Source: Octopus vulgaris (taxonomy: Eukaryota). From it: a stretch of DNA of 64,000 bases. Shown here in pieces: positions 1 through 12,837 of this stretch. Below the pieces are notes generated by a model. The model saw only the letters and a list, made by a program, of their open reading frames with translations, was not told the DNA's origin and searched no databases. The position numbers and the translations under genes were made by a program. The stretch is taken from positions 868,001-932,000 of the forward strand of contig OX597825.1 of NCBI GenBank assembly GCA_951406725.2, given 5' to 3'. Numbering within the stretch: position 1 is the stretch's first letter; each line of letters opens with the position of its first letter.

Positions 1-109
1 GGAGGGTTAACATCATTTAACAATTAAAAATAATCTTTAATTAATTAAAATTACACCTGTAATGAAAAGAAAAATCATTAGCATTAATGATAATTCTTGT
101 CAAGAAAGG

Positions 110-300
110 CTAAGGGAGCATCTATGTGGTCATCTGGAAAAAATAGCAAGATCAATCTCTTTCAAATCACAGTCGACCTTCTTCAAAAAAGGAAGGACAC
201 ATTGATATTCTACATCTGAAAGCAAAAAGACAGAATGGTCGTGACTTTTAATCATAACTTTATTAGATCAGGGCTGACCTTGGACTAAGCAACAATAACA
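110..300 (+). mobile_element. Old ~200-250 bp SINE-like/LINE-3'-end repeat with (AAC)n tail ('family D'), one of roughly two dozen decayed copies in the window
   Basis: Recurrent blocks gaagcctctatgtggtc..ctagaaatagcagccaaatc..tcaaatcacac..ctggaatgtctttgatcataggtctgcttgatcagggctgacc..ctaaacaacaac. Also seen near 735-880, 2085-2215, 6020-6240, 8545-8730, 28513-28722, 54596-54840, 63258-63452 (+) and 27818-28033, 37885-38085, 42145-42320, 45730-45910, 47325-47525, 58915-59080 (-). Confidence 0.7.
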
Positions 301-1087
301 CCAGCACCACCCCCACCATTCTGGAATTGGATGCTCTACAGCTGCCTCACAGGGCCAACTGAAGCCAGTGAGGAAGCTTCTATGTGGTTATTCATACTGA
401 TAGAAATAGTAGCCAAGTGTCTCAAATAAAAACCCTGCCATCTTAGAAAAAGTGCACATTGTATAATGAAGTCCGAGGTACACAAAGCCTGAAAAAAACG
501 AGGCAGTCATCGCTGAATGCTTTTGATTATAGATTTGTCCAGTCAGGACTGGTGTGGGCTTAAACAGCATATCACTAAAACAACAACCCAAACAACAACA
601 ATGAAAAACACTACCAACACCACCATCACAGCAACAACAATAAAAAACATAAGAGAGAGAGAGACTGTCATTATTCGACCTACTAGAAACAACAACCAAA
701 TCTCCCTCTCACATCACACTATTGTCTTTAAATTGGAAGGACGCTTTGGAATATGTTGCTTTTAGATACACTAAGGCTGAAAAAGAAAAAAAAAAGGTGG
801 AATAGTCATGACTGGAATGTCTTTGATCATAGATGCATTTGATCGTGGTTGATCTTGGTCAAAACAGTAACAAAACAATAGCAAGGAAGATACATTGAAT
901 AATTAAATAATAAAACACTGACTTATTTAAACCAGTGTCGTTTGCTTGAACTAAAATCTGTTTGAAATCCATGGGGCCAGATTGTTCTCATTTTATAGTT
1001 CCTTATGAAGGATATTCTCTTATTAGTTATTCTCTTGTGATATTGTTTGTTCATTTTCTTCTTGAACCAGAGTACATGTATATGTGC

Positions 1088-1126
<39 letters not shown>

Positions 1127-1209
1127 CATACACCCAATGTCTCACAGAATAATTAGGTCATAGAAATTAGGAGCCTTAACTCTTCATCCTTTTAATAGAA
1201 TATCCCAAT

Positions 1210-1610
1210 GGAATAAAAACAATCTAGCCCTATGGATTTAATAAGGGGCTTCATCCATCTTCTCCTCCTACTATTCCTGAGAGGGTCATAGGAGTAGAGT
1301 CCTCAGTCACATTCTCCATAGGTTACTATTAGAAGCAACTGTTAATAGAATTTTTTTGACTGGATTCCGAAGCACGATGACCAACCGAGACTACGGATAT
1401 TATTCAACCATTTTGTTCCTTGTCTACCCTCGGTCTCCTGCTGGTTGGATCACTTTGAAGAATCCATTTTGCAATTCTTTCCTGGGACATTCGAATCACA
1501 CGCCTGAAGTACCAGAGCTGTGATCTCTCAATGCGGAGAAGTGGTAGCTCGGCCTGAAGTGATTTCCTGGTCTCTGAGCTTTGTACCCTGTTCGGTGGTA
1601 AAGGGTTCAG
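1210..1610 (-). mobile_element. Decayed RTE-clade LINE 3' fragment
   Basis: Minus-strand translation LLRIERSQLWYFRRVIRMSQERIAKWILQSDPTSRRPR resembles the RTE C-terminal pattern I...QLR(W/Y)xGHVxRM...G.RPRGRP. Boundaries approximate. Confidence 0.65.
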
Positions 1611-3428
1611 TACAAAATTTCCAAGAATGTTATAAAAATTGACAGGCACCTGCAGAAGATTGGGGTTTTCAAAAGTCAGAAGACTGTGAAGAATAACAAC
1701 CAAAGTGAAGACATTAGACCAAATATATCAATGCATAAAAATGATAATTTGTCATCTCGGAATAATGTAGACTTGGATATACTCTGTCTGTAAAACAAAA
1801 AGAGACTTTTGGTCATAGCTCTGCTAGTTCAGAGCTGATTTCTGGCTAAATGCAACAACAGCAGCAACAACATCAAAAACAGCAACAACATCAAAACCAA
1901 CAACAATCAAACCAAAAAAAAACTACTATAAATCTTCATTATTATATTCTTCAACATGGTTTTATATCTGCTTTCCATATTGGATGAGTTATAGGTTTGC
2001 TTCAGCAGTGCTAACCTACGACTACACAACAACAAATTTATTCACCCTGATAAACGATTCTGAAGACAACCAACAATATGGTTGCTTGGCCTGCTAGAAA
2101 TAGCAGCTAAATCACCCTCAAATTACATCCTACCATCTTGAAAAAGGAATACATTTGATCACAGATCTATTCAGAGAAGGATATTCTTTTGATAGTGGTC
2201 TGCTTGATCAAGGTGGACATATGTCCAAGTGTTCAAATGAATGTATACAGTTTTTTGATGACCAATGCTTAGTAGAAATCTTGCGGTATTTCAGTTGCAA
2301 AACCTTTCAATCTCATTCATATCACTAGAATTTATTTGAATGAACACAAGCATAAATTTAAAAAAAAACTAAATTAAAGTAAAAACAACTTTTCTTTTCA
2401 GTATGTACAGACAAAGTGAAAGGGAAAAAGGTTGAATGTTTTAAAATGTGGATTTATAAGTTTCTTATCTATTGGTTAAGATAAAAAAAAGACTCCCCAA
2501 GGAGACTGGTTCAATTTATCAGAATCAGTGCACTCTGATGAGTTAATCACGTCTCCAGTTGAGTTCTAGCTCTGAATGTATGCAAGTGATAAATATTTTA
2601 TACAGTATTTAAAAATTAAAAATAATGCATATTTTCATAAAACTGAACTGGAGGTTACAGGTTGCATTAAACATTGCTGCAGACTGGGGGGGGGGGGTCT
2701 GGCCTGTGAACTGTGGGTGTAATACCCAACTCTATGGAGTCGCTCAAACTGCAAGAAATAGCAACCATCTCCTCTCAGATCACACCCTACCACCTTATCA
2801 AAAACAAAAGACACATCAGATAATGTCATCTGGTGTTTACTATGTTTAAGATAAGATGAAAAGGGTGTGGGTGTGATCAGGGCTGATCAGAGATAAACAA
2901 GAGGAAGTCTGTAGTTCTTTCTTCCAGTTTTATTTACATCTGACTCGACAGATCAATGAGAGATCCTACATGACAGCATCTCTACTTCAACTCATGCTAT
3001 TCTGCCTTAGATGAGATAGCGTACTTCTACGTATCATTAAAAATGATGGGATGGTCACAGTTTGAAATGCTTTTGATCATAGGTCTGTTCATTCAGGATT
3101 GGCTCAGGGCTGGGAAAACAATAACAAAATCATCTTAACTGGGCAATTCAGTTAAGGAGTTTGCTTTGCAACCAAATAGTTTCAAGTTCAATCCCACAAC
3201 ATGTCACCTTCAGAAATTGCCTTCTACCATAGTTCAAATGAACTAAAGCCTTGTGAGTGGAATTTGGTTCATAGAAAACTGTGGGCTTCCTGGCACTTTA
3301 GTACAGACCCCTCTATTGCAAGCATTTTGACCAGCTCCCAGTTTTATGATAACTTCCTCCCTTCTTCCTGTTAGTCATGGAAATCTTGGAAAAAGTTGTA
3401 AACATTGCTTATTTTTGTTTTAAGCCAT

Positions 3429-3655
3429 TGACCCTTTCGTATTTAAACCAGTCGTATGCAGCTTAAATATCCTTCTTGTTTTGTGTTCAAACCAGCTGAA
3501 TCGGACCCCTTGTAGCTACCCTTATAATGACATTCTTAAAATAAACAATCACATCATCAAAATCTCAAACCTATGAGATTTTACACGATTAATTTGAAGT
3601 AATGGGAATAAATATGCATTACAATTAGACAAAATAATCTGAATGCTAATGGTTT
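3429..3655. mobile_element. Decayed piggyBac-type MITE
   Basis: Starts ttgaccctttcgtattt and ends aatctgaatgctaatggtt, a degenerate TTAA|CCCTT...AAGGG|TTAA architecture like the intact element at 57232. Confidence 0.4.
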
Positions 3656-3660
3656 GCTAT

Positions 3661-5220
3661 AATTGGTTTTTTTTTACTGGAAATGTCTCTGCATTGGTCT
3701 CATGAAGCTCCTTCCGGAATTCCTCATGAGGAGCGTGCCTCAAGCTCATGTGTGATGGCACATTCATAGTGCCGCTTCTAAGTTATGTATTATACGAACA
3801 GTTTCCTTTTTTTTCTCCTTCTTTCTTTTTTTTTTTTTAATCTAAGAATTAAGGAAGCTATCCTCATAGACAGACTAGGGCCCCAAATTAAAAACAGGCT
3901 GGGGGTTGGCTGTCAATATATTATTTAGCTACATCAGGGTGTGAGTAGGTCCATTTTTGATAATATGGTCATGTATTATTTAGAGAAAAGAAAATAGAAG
4001 GAAACTGCACGTATAATACAAAACTTAGAAGCAGCGCTACGGATGTGCCAGCACACACAAGCCTGAGACATGGCTGCCCTCACGCACTCGTCATGAGGAA
4101 TTCTGGAAGGAGCTTTGTGAGACCACTGCTGAGATGCTTCCAGAAAAAAAAAATACCATTGGAAAACCAATAAAGTAGTGATTCGATCAATTCCTAGGAA
4201 TATCTGAGGAAGGAATTTTTATATTCCAAAATATCATATCAGACTATGGATGATTAAATTATAACAGTTATTATGGTGCATTGTTGCGCCATTCAAAACA
4301 TTATTTTTTTACAAACAATACACAATGCTTCAAGCGAACTACAAGACTCTCCTATCTCTACCCCCTGGGCCAGGCTGAGTTCACAAACACTGGGGAGTTA
4401 ATCAAACTAGCAGAGAAACATGCTAAAATCGGATGCCAAATAAACTTTCTTAAACGCTGCCTAAAAACAACATAATTCCCAACACCATCAGGGACATACA
4501 TCTCCCCACGCGCTTCCACAGCCTTACTCTTCAACGATCACTGAAATAAATGCCTACGTTCATCATCAGAAAAATCATACACCATCTACATCATCAACTA
4601 CATGAGCACATAGGCAAATTCTCTGAAATAATATGCAGCATCACGTCAAGTGTTGAACATACATACCGAAGAACCATTGCAGCTATTGACCGATGCTACC
4701 ACCACTGCGTTGACCAAGAGAAGAAATGCCTCAAACTTAAATTCCTGTGGCTTTGTACCAAATACTGCCACAACTTGGTCTATTACACCAACACAGACGA
4801 ACAGGACACGTCCACCATACGAGATAACACTAACATCGAGGATGCCAGCATACCATCAACAACGAAATCCTTAGTCACAGATTTGAGTGGGTCACTCTCC
4901 CATGGAGAACAAGAACTTCTCAATCGGAGCCCTAAATTTATCCTGAGCCAACAGCCGAACGAGAAAATCTTACTTGACCTGGAAGCCAACATTTGTTGAA
5001 CAGCCTACCAACTCAAACGGCTATCGGTAATAAAGAAGAACAACAACACACTCAGCATATTTCCCATGTACCAACTAGACCACCCACTCCACCCATACCC
5101 TACCAACCAAGAACTCAACCACAAACTATCCAGCCTGAAACAGTCTATCTCCAACATCTTAAGGAAGGAATCGCAAAACCTTTCCTGGACACATCAAGAA
5201 CTCCAACGAAGTGCACCAAT
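3661..5220 (+). mobile_element. Penelope-like retroelement remnant: inverted partial pLTR (3661-3815), pLTR (about 3840-4280), disrupted N-terminal ORF
   Basis: 3842-3900 encodes LRIKEAILIDRLGPQIKN (GIY-YIG endonuclease C-terminus pattern). 3661-3815 is the reverse complement of about 3996-4172. ORF pieces GCQINFLKRCL and VTDLSGSLSHGEQELLNRSPKF match Penelope N-terminal motifs (FL..C; V.NLS..LS..E..LL.KG..F). Stops and frameshifts present. Confidence 0.8.
4195..4246 (+). ncRNA. Degenerate minimal type-I hammerhead ribozyme in the Penelope pLTR
   Basis: CTGAGGA-a-GGAAT(ttttat)ATTCC-aAAA (GAAA with a CpG-type G>A), palindromic helix III ATAT-c-ATAT, cleavage triplet ATC. Helix I is only partly preserved. 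Confidence 0.65.
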
Positions 5221-5268
5221 TGCCCCTAAACCAACTCAGGCAAAACAGATGGCACAATCATCCACCAA

Positions 5269-5647
5269 TCTCTCTCTGTATAAAGCTGAAGTTGTCTGTG
5301 TATGGCAGGTTTGGTAGCCTTCAACTAACACTATCTCCTCCGAGACCCTGCGGTGCAAGTTGACCAAAATTGAGAGTATGATAGAAGAAGGCTTGCTCTT
5401 CATTTTGCAAATCGAACCATGTTAACACCAAAAATTATTTACATCAAAAAGATGCTTTTTTCTATGAAAATCCCTATTTTTTTACGATTTTTTTACTACT
5501 GTGTCGCCATTTTTCAGCATATTTCAACCAGAAAAAATGTTCACTTAAAGAGAATAACAAGCCACATAATGCAAAATTTTTACTTTCCAAAAATTCCAAT
5601 TCTAAAGGGTTGAAGCAAACCTGAGCAACGCCGGGCGATACTGCTAG
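5269..5647 (+). mobile_element. Non-autonomous Helitron
   Basis: A|TC 5' end, 3' GC-rich hairpin cctgagcaacgccggg about 10 nt before CTAG|T, no TSD. Lies just downstream of the truncated Penelope ORF. Confidence 0.8.
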
Positions 5648-5769
5648 TATATTCTATAAAATGAAAGAGCATAAAATAAATAAGGCATGTTAGGAAAGAC
5701 ACGAACATAAGACATTCCCCATTTTCTGTTTAGGGATGTCATGTTAGATTTTTCAGCAACCTCATTACA

Positions 5770-5990
5770 CTCACCACCACCACCACCACCGTGTCATCAT
5801 GATTACTGCGACTATCATCTTTACCTCCACCAATGCTACACCACCATCACTATCATCATCATCACCAAAACCACCACCATCGCCGCTGCCACTGCCACCA
5901 CCACCACCACTACCACCACCACCAACACCACCACCACCAACACCACCACCACCACCACCAACACCACCAACACCACTACCACCACCAGCA
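5770..5990. repeat. (CAC/CAT/CAA)n low-complexity trinucleotide tract
   Basis: Direct inspection. Produces spurious poly-His/Thr/Pro ORFs. Confidence 0.95.
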
Positions 5991-7228
5991 CCTTAATTAT
6001 TGCACTCGCATCCTGAGTTGATGAGGAAGCCTCTACATAGTTACTCAACTTTCTAGAAATAGCAACCAAATCACCTTGAAAATCACACTCTACCATCTTC
6101 AATAAATAAAGGACATACTGGATCAAGTAGTTCTTGATGCTCCCCTAAAAAGGCCAAATGGTCTTTGTTGTAATTCCTTTCGTCAGTTGATGAGGAGTCT
6201 GCTCAACCACAGCTGATCTTTGGGGTTAAACAAGGGCAAAATCAATATCCTTATCATCTTCTTAATATTCACTCATGGTTATCACCTTCCTCTACCAGCA
6301 GCATCATTAACCTTATCATCCTTACCATTATCCTCATCATCATCCTCACAGTCACAACTGCCATCCTCTGTGTCATCATCATCATTCTTATCGTGATAGC
6401 CAGTTCCCCAGTCACCAGCATCACCACTAATAACACTACACCAACCGTTTCCAGTACCGTCACCATCATTATTACCACATGGTTTATTTGGAATCCATGA
6501 TGGAGTCCCTACATGACTCTTCAGCAGACAAGTTTTGCTTAAATCACACTCGATCTTTAAAAACACACACTCAATGATACAGTCCGGTATAACTATGGGA
6601 AGAACACACGGAATGATATTGTTTGGGATAAACTATACTTGAAATCAAGACACGTTGGTCATGGCTGGAATGTCTTTGATCATAGGTCAGCGCTATCAGG
6701 GAGCTAAAAAATATCTAATATTTTTTACCCCTAAAGTATCCTTTATTACTCTTTCAAGTACATTCCCTTACGTGTCACTACCAATGTCTTAACATCCCTT
6801 TTCCCACCCTCCTACGTTTTTGACAGGCCAGCAATACACTCGCTCTCCTTATCCATCCCTCATCTACAATACAAATTAACACCGCATAGAATCTCCTTTC
6901 TTCCAAAGTCTTCCACCTTAGCACAGCATTGACAAGCCTCTCGTGTATACATGCTTTTGTTAACTATCTTTTGTTATTTACTTGTTTCAGTCATTAGACT
7001 GTGGCCATGCTGGGGCACCACCTTAAAGGGTTTAGTCAAACAGATTTACCCCAGGACTACAGTAGAAGACATTTGCCCAAGGTGGGATGAGACCTACCAA
7101 TATCACAAAGGCTTTAACTCTTATTTTCCGAAGAATAAAAAAGACCCCAATAAAACAGCAAATAATAATCTCAGTAAAGTAGGGCATGCAACAACAACAA
7201 AAATAATTAATAAAATTTGTGAAACAGG

Positions 7229-7545
7229 TACAGGTATGGATGCATTGTTAAAAAGCTTGCTTTGCAACCGTGTGGGATTGGGTTCAGTCCCACGGTGCTA
7301 CATCTTGGGCAAGAGTCTGCTACTATAGCCCTGGGCAGACAAATACCTTGTGAGTGAATTTGTGGAAGCTGTTTCATAAATGTGTGTGTCTTTGTGTTTG
7401 TCCAACCCACTGCTTGTATACCCCACTAACCTAGCCATTTGGCAAAAGAGACCAATAAAAGATTTAATAAGTTCTGGGGTCAACATCAAGGCACTGCCCT
7501 AGCATGGCCATGGTTCAATGACTGAAGCAAGTGACAGATAAATAA
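7229..7545 (+). mobile_element. tRNA-derived SINE ('family A'), diverged
   Basis: B-box-like ggttcagtccc followed by cttgggcaag..tactatagccc..ccttgtgagtgaattt, shared with copies at 12651 and 22562. Confidence 0.75.
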
Positions 7546-9275
7546 GAGAAGTTCATGTATTACAAAGTGTTGGATTTTGGACAAGAAGTTACCAATCTGA
7601 AAATAGCAGAATCTCTTGTCATAAAAAACTTTTCTTATGAATTTCATTTTTGTTTTTTCGCAACTCTATTATGATATGCACTTATGATATACAGCATCTG
7701 TTAATAAGTTATGACATCTTTTTAGCCAGAATATATTATTGATATACAATTACATGTCCGCACAAGCATTCATTTAATGCATGTGTGTAGGTACAAGCAT
7801 CAATGGTTGTATGTCAAGCCAGTGGATTCATCTGCACTCATCCTGTCTATCAAGTTTGCATTACAGAACAACATAAGGAAAGGAAACAAAATATCTAAGC
7901 TTTCATCTATCTTCCAGATACAATAAAGTAACAGAAGAAATAGGATTTTTTTCTTTTCTTTTCTTTTTTTTTTATCTTTTTAAGATAAGGTAAGTTTATT
8001 TGATGTGATGGTGTCAGGAATACAGGAAAATAACTTTATTTGTATTCATGAAAAAAAAAAAAAAATGACCCAGCAGAATATTACAAATCTACAGAAGGAA
8101 AAATATAGAACTAATCCTAGCTGAAATAGCTTTTAAGAAAGAACTGTCATGGAGGAGTGAAAAATTGCTTCAGAAATGAAAAATGCCCAAACAGCAGTTG
8201 AATGTTTGGCTGAAGAATAAGCGAAACTAAACAAGAAAGAGACAGTTATTTGAATGAAATAGCTTTCTAAAAAGATTCTGAAGATATTGATATTACTTGT
8301 CTTCTGGTTTTCATGTAATGGAAAAATTTAGTTTGACAGAATTTATGGATGAAAATTTGTTAGGAATAACGGAGTTATATGACAAAGTATCATTGAATTG
8401 TAAATTCTGTTTTGGCATCAGGAAAAAAATCCAAAACAAAACAGAAAAACAATCTAATAATTGTAAAAATTAAGGAAAATCCTGAAGATGATAAACCTTT
8501 TCAGCCTATAAAAGTAAAAACAACTAAAATGAAAGATGAGCTAAGGTGGGAGCCTCTATATGGCTGTTTGACATATCTAAAATAGCAGCTAAATCTTTCT
8601 TGAATCATACACTCTACCATCTTAAAAAAAGAGCAAGTTCATATCGGATAAATGTAGTCACTAAAAATACAGAATCACGTCCAAAATGCATAGGTTTTCT
8701 TGGTCAGGATGAATTGGGGTTTAAGAACAAAGATAATAAGATGAGATGGTCATATCAGATGGTGTGTGTGTGTGTAAAACAACAGGAAATAAAAGCGACC
8801 ACGAAAGATGCCATTTCAGTGATAATAAATGTATGACTAAAACCTACTCAATCTGTAGCATCTCAGCATAGAGATATTACGACCAGCTATTCTGTTTTAT
8901 TGACAGGTTCCAACTTTGATTTGATCATTTTATTATGTTATTTAACATGCTAGATATGTGTTCTAAGTAATAAACATACGAGAAATAATTCGTTATTCTC
9001 AGAAAGAGAGATTAATACACACGGACATATAAATTTTACATCTCTGTGCATTGGGAGGAGACTGTGTATCGAAAGGTGAAGCAATTTTCTTTGAGATATT
9101 TCAGTAAAAGAAACGAGAAATATTTTGATTTCTCATTTTTGAATTGTTTGATACCTGTTCAGATAAAAAAATTTGTACATTATCATTGACCATTTCATAT
9201 ATGTGTATGTGTATACACACACACACACACACACTCATATATATGTATATATGTGTGTGCACACATGTATGTATA

Positions 9276-9390
9276 TCATCATCATTATCATGTAATGTCT
9301 ATCTTCCATGTTGGCATGGGTTGGATGGTTTGACAGGAGCTGGAAAGCCGGAGAGTTGCACCAGGCCTCCCACTGTCTGCTTTGGTGTGG

Positions 9391-9392
<2 letters not shown>
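9276..9392 (-). mobile_element. RTE LINE 3' tail fragment
   Basis: (cat)n..ttccatgttggcatgggttggatgg matches the tail at 13960-14025. Flanked by microsatellites. Confidence 0.75.
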
Positions 9393-9452
<60 letters not shown>

Positions 9453-9511
9453 TATATATACATTATATTTATATATATACACACAATATATATCTATACA
9501 ATATATGTATA

Positions 9512-10110
9512 CAGGGTGTGGTGAATAAACTGTTGTCTAAATTACACAAAAATGAAAATAACCTGACATCTCATATTAACAGATATATTTACCAAAATTA
9601 CATAAAAATATCTTGAAATACTAAACAGTAAATTTATTCAATAAAATTGCCAATGGCTTCAACTGTGGCTTCTAGACAACTTCGGAATCTCCTGAAACTC
9701 TTTTGGATGGTACCCTTGTTTAAGTTGGCAAATTATGCCATAAAATTTTTGCCTTCAGTTCATCTTTGGTGTTACAAGGAGTTTTGTTGGTCTCTCACTC
9801 AACTGTGCCCCACACATAATAATCAAGGGGGTTGCAGTCTGGGGAGTTAAGTGGCCAGATGTTACGGGTGATGTGGTTGAAGAAATTGCCTGATGGCCAT
9901 GATTGGGTTCTCCTGCTTCTGTGGCATAGTGCAGAGTCCTGTTGCCAGACATAGGGACTTCCAGCAGCCACCCTCTTGACCTAGGGCAGCACCACGTCCT
10001 CTAGGCACTTGATGTAGGCCTCTGTGTTGAGTCTGAGGCTGTGTGGGAAAATGAATGGAGGCATAACATTACGATCACTAGTGGTTACTCCAAACACCAT
10101 GATGTTGACT
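9512..10110 (-). pseudogene. DD37D (maT-family) Tc1/mariner transposase, C-terminal half with right TIR
   Basis: TA|CAGGGTG terminus at 9510-9518. Minus-strand translation VWQQDSALCHRSRRTQSWPSGNFFNHITRNIWPLNSPDCNPLDYYVWG has exactly 37 residues between the 2nd and 3rd catalytic Asp. In-frame stops present. Confidence 0.9.
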
Positions 10111-10323
10111 GGAATGCAACCAGTATGCTCTGCTGGATGTGTAATGTCAGTGTGCATACACGACAGAGTGTAAGCGCCTTGAGAGAAAAGTTGAACCTAA
10201 GAAGCATCAGATGTGGTGTGCAAGTGAAACGACTGCGCTGGTATGGTCATGTGGTGCATATGGATGAGGACAGCTGTGTGAAAAATGTCATACCTATCAG
10301 TTGAGGGAATCTGTGGAAGAGGT
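10111..10323 (+). mobile_element. RTE LINE ORF C-terminal fragment
   Basis: MLCWMCNVSVHTRQSVSALREKLNLRSIRCGVQVKRLRWYGHVVHMDEDSCVK; nearly the same protein as the minus-strand copy at 52798-52989. Confidence 0.85.
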
Positions 10324-10885
10324 TGGACGATTTGACTGAGGTCTGGCGAACCAGATGGCTGCACCAGACTCCAATCTGATCTGGCAGAGTTTCTACGGCT
10401 GGTTGCCTTTCTTAACTCCAACCACTCTGAGAGTGTAGTGGATACTTTTACATGCCACAGGCACGAGGGTCAGTCAGGCGGTACTGGCAGCGGCCATGCT
10501 CAAATGGTCCTTTTTATGTGCCACCTGCACAGGAGTCAGTCCAGCGGTACTGGCAATGACCTCGTTTGAATGTTTTTTCACGTGCCACCAGCACAAGTGC
10601 CAGTAATGCAACATAGGTAACAATCACGCTTGAATTGTACGCTTTTACGTGCCATCGGCACAGAGGCCAGCTTGTTGCTCTGGCAACAGTCATGCTCGTA
10701 TGGTACTTTTAGCGCTCCACTAGCGCGGATGCCAGTCATCGATTTTGATTTTGATTTCACTTGCCTCAACAGGTCTTCGCAAGCAGAGTTTAGTGTCCAA
10801 TGAAGGAAAGATACGCATAAGTGGGCTGGTTACACCACTGGCATAGGCCACGGTTTATGGTCTCACTTGGCTTGCTGAGTCTTCT
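10321..10885 (-). mobile_element. RTE LINE 3' UTR (tail-less), inverted relative to the adjacent ORF fragment
   Basis: Collinear with 52291-52735. Contains about 5 diverged ~63-bp units. Confidence 0.85.
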
Positions 10886-10934
10886 TTATATATATATATA
10901 TACAGGGAGAGGGGTCTACTCAATTAAGGTGACT

Positions 10935-11080
10935 CCAGTGTTGAGCTGGTGCTCATTTTACCAACCACTGGAAGGCTGAAAGCAAAGTCATCCTTGGTGG
11001 AATTTGAACTCAGGACATAAAGCCGGATGAAATGCCACAAGACATTTTTTCCAGCATTGGAATGATTCTGCCAGCTCACT
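10935..11080 (-). mobile_element. tRNA-derived SINE ('family B'), diverged
   Basis: Reverse complement of the 25413 element (gagctggcagaatc..ctgagttcaaattcc..gactttgctttc). Confidence 0.7.
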
Positions 11081-11496
11081 TTATATATATGCACACACAC
11101 ACACACACATGCACAAACACACACATACATGCACACACACACGTACATGCACACACTCATGTACGTAGACATACACACACATAAGTATAAACACAAGCAC
11201 ATACAGACACAAGATCGTTCTATGCATGTTACTACCCTTCTACCTTCCCATACATCTGAGCAAGAGATACCCATTTAACACTGCTTTTCTAGCATTAAAA
11301 ACCTGTGAAGAGTAAGCAAAACAAACAAACAAACAAAAACTGTAGACTTGGATATTTAAAATTTTTCTGGGTAACTTTGAAGTTTTTACAATGGTTTACC
11401 ACAGCAGCCTGACACAGTCAATTCCGAGTGAAACTTCAAAGCAGCCATCAAAAGAATGAATAAATATGCATGTACATGTCTGTGTCTGTCTTTCTG

Positions 11497-12163
<667 letters not shown>

Positions 12164-12165
12164 GT

Positions 12166-12543
12166 ATTCTTTTATTCCTTTACTTGCTTCAGTCATTTGA
12201 CTGTGGCCATGCTGGAGCACTTCCTTTAGTCGAAGGACTTATTCTTTGTAAGCTTGGTACTTATTCTATCAGTCTCTTTTGCTGTACTGTTAAGTTATGG
12301 GGATGTAAACACACCAACATCGGTTGTCAAGCAATGGTAGGGGGACAAACACAGTCACACACACAGACATATACATATGATAGGCTTCTGTCAGTTTCCA
12401 TCTACCAAATCCACTCACAAGGCTTTGGTCAGCCCGAGGTCACAGTAGGAGACACTTACCCAAGGTCGCACACAGTGGGACTGAAGCTGGAATCATGTGG
12501 TTGGGAAGCAAGCTTCTTAGCCCACAGCCACACTCCTGCGTCT
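12166..12543 (-). mobile_element. Full-length family A SINE
   Basis: Reverse complement begins gcaggagtgtggctgtgggctaagaagcttgcttcccaaccac (tRNA-like head) and ends in an aaggaataaaagaat tail. Confidence 0.85.
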
Positions 12544-12554
12544 GTATATATTTG

Positions 12555-12556
<2 letters not shown>

Positions 12557-12616
<60 letters not shown>
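12557..12616. repeat. (CA)n microsatellite
   Basis: Direct inspection. Confidence 0.95.
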
Positions 12617-12620
<4 letters not shown>

Positions 12621-12650
12621 TACACATATATTGGTACAGGTGTGATCATT

Positions 12651-12820
12651 GGTGCAGGGGTGGTTGTGTGGTAAGAAGTCTGCTTCTCAATTACTTCATT
12701 TGGATTCAATCCCGCTGTATGGCACCTTGGGCAAGTGTCTTTTACTATAGCTTTTGGGTCAAACAAAGGTTTGTGAGTGGATTTGGTAGATAGGAACTGA
12801 AAGAAGCCTGTTGTGTGTGT
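12651..12820 (+). mobile_element. Family A SINE, 5' half
   Basis: ggtgcaggggtggttgtgtggtaagaag..ggattcaatccc..cttgggcaagtgtc..gtgagtggatttggtaga. Confidence 0.85.
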
Positions 12821-12837
12821 GTATATATATATATATA

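Noticed and set aside
2530-2560. CTGATGAG heptamer (likewise CTGACGAA at 16080)
   Set aside because: No downstream GAAA or supporting helices.
5741-6566. Poly-His, poly-Pro, poly-Thr and Asp-rich ORFs
   Set aside because: Trinucleotide low-complexity tracts with no splice or domain support.
7940-7996. Polypyrimidine tract followed by AG|GTAAGT (recursive splice-site-like)
   Set aside because: An upstream AG competes, no host gene is identified, and such motifs are expected by chance in AT-rich DNA.
10445-10740. Conserved short motif with variable ~50-bp 'spacers'
   Set aside because: The spacers are homologous to one another and to the 63-bp unit. This is a diverged tandem repeat, not CRISPR.
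12651-12725. tRNA gene
   Set aside because: tRNA-like head of a SINE; no cloverleaf and it continues into the SINE body.
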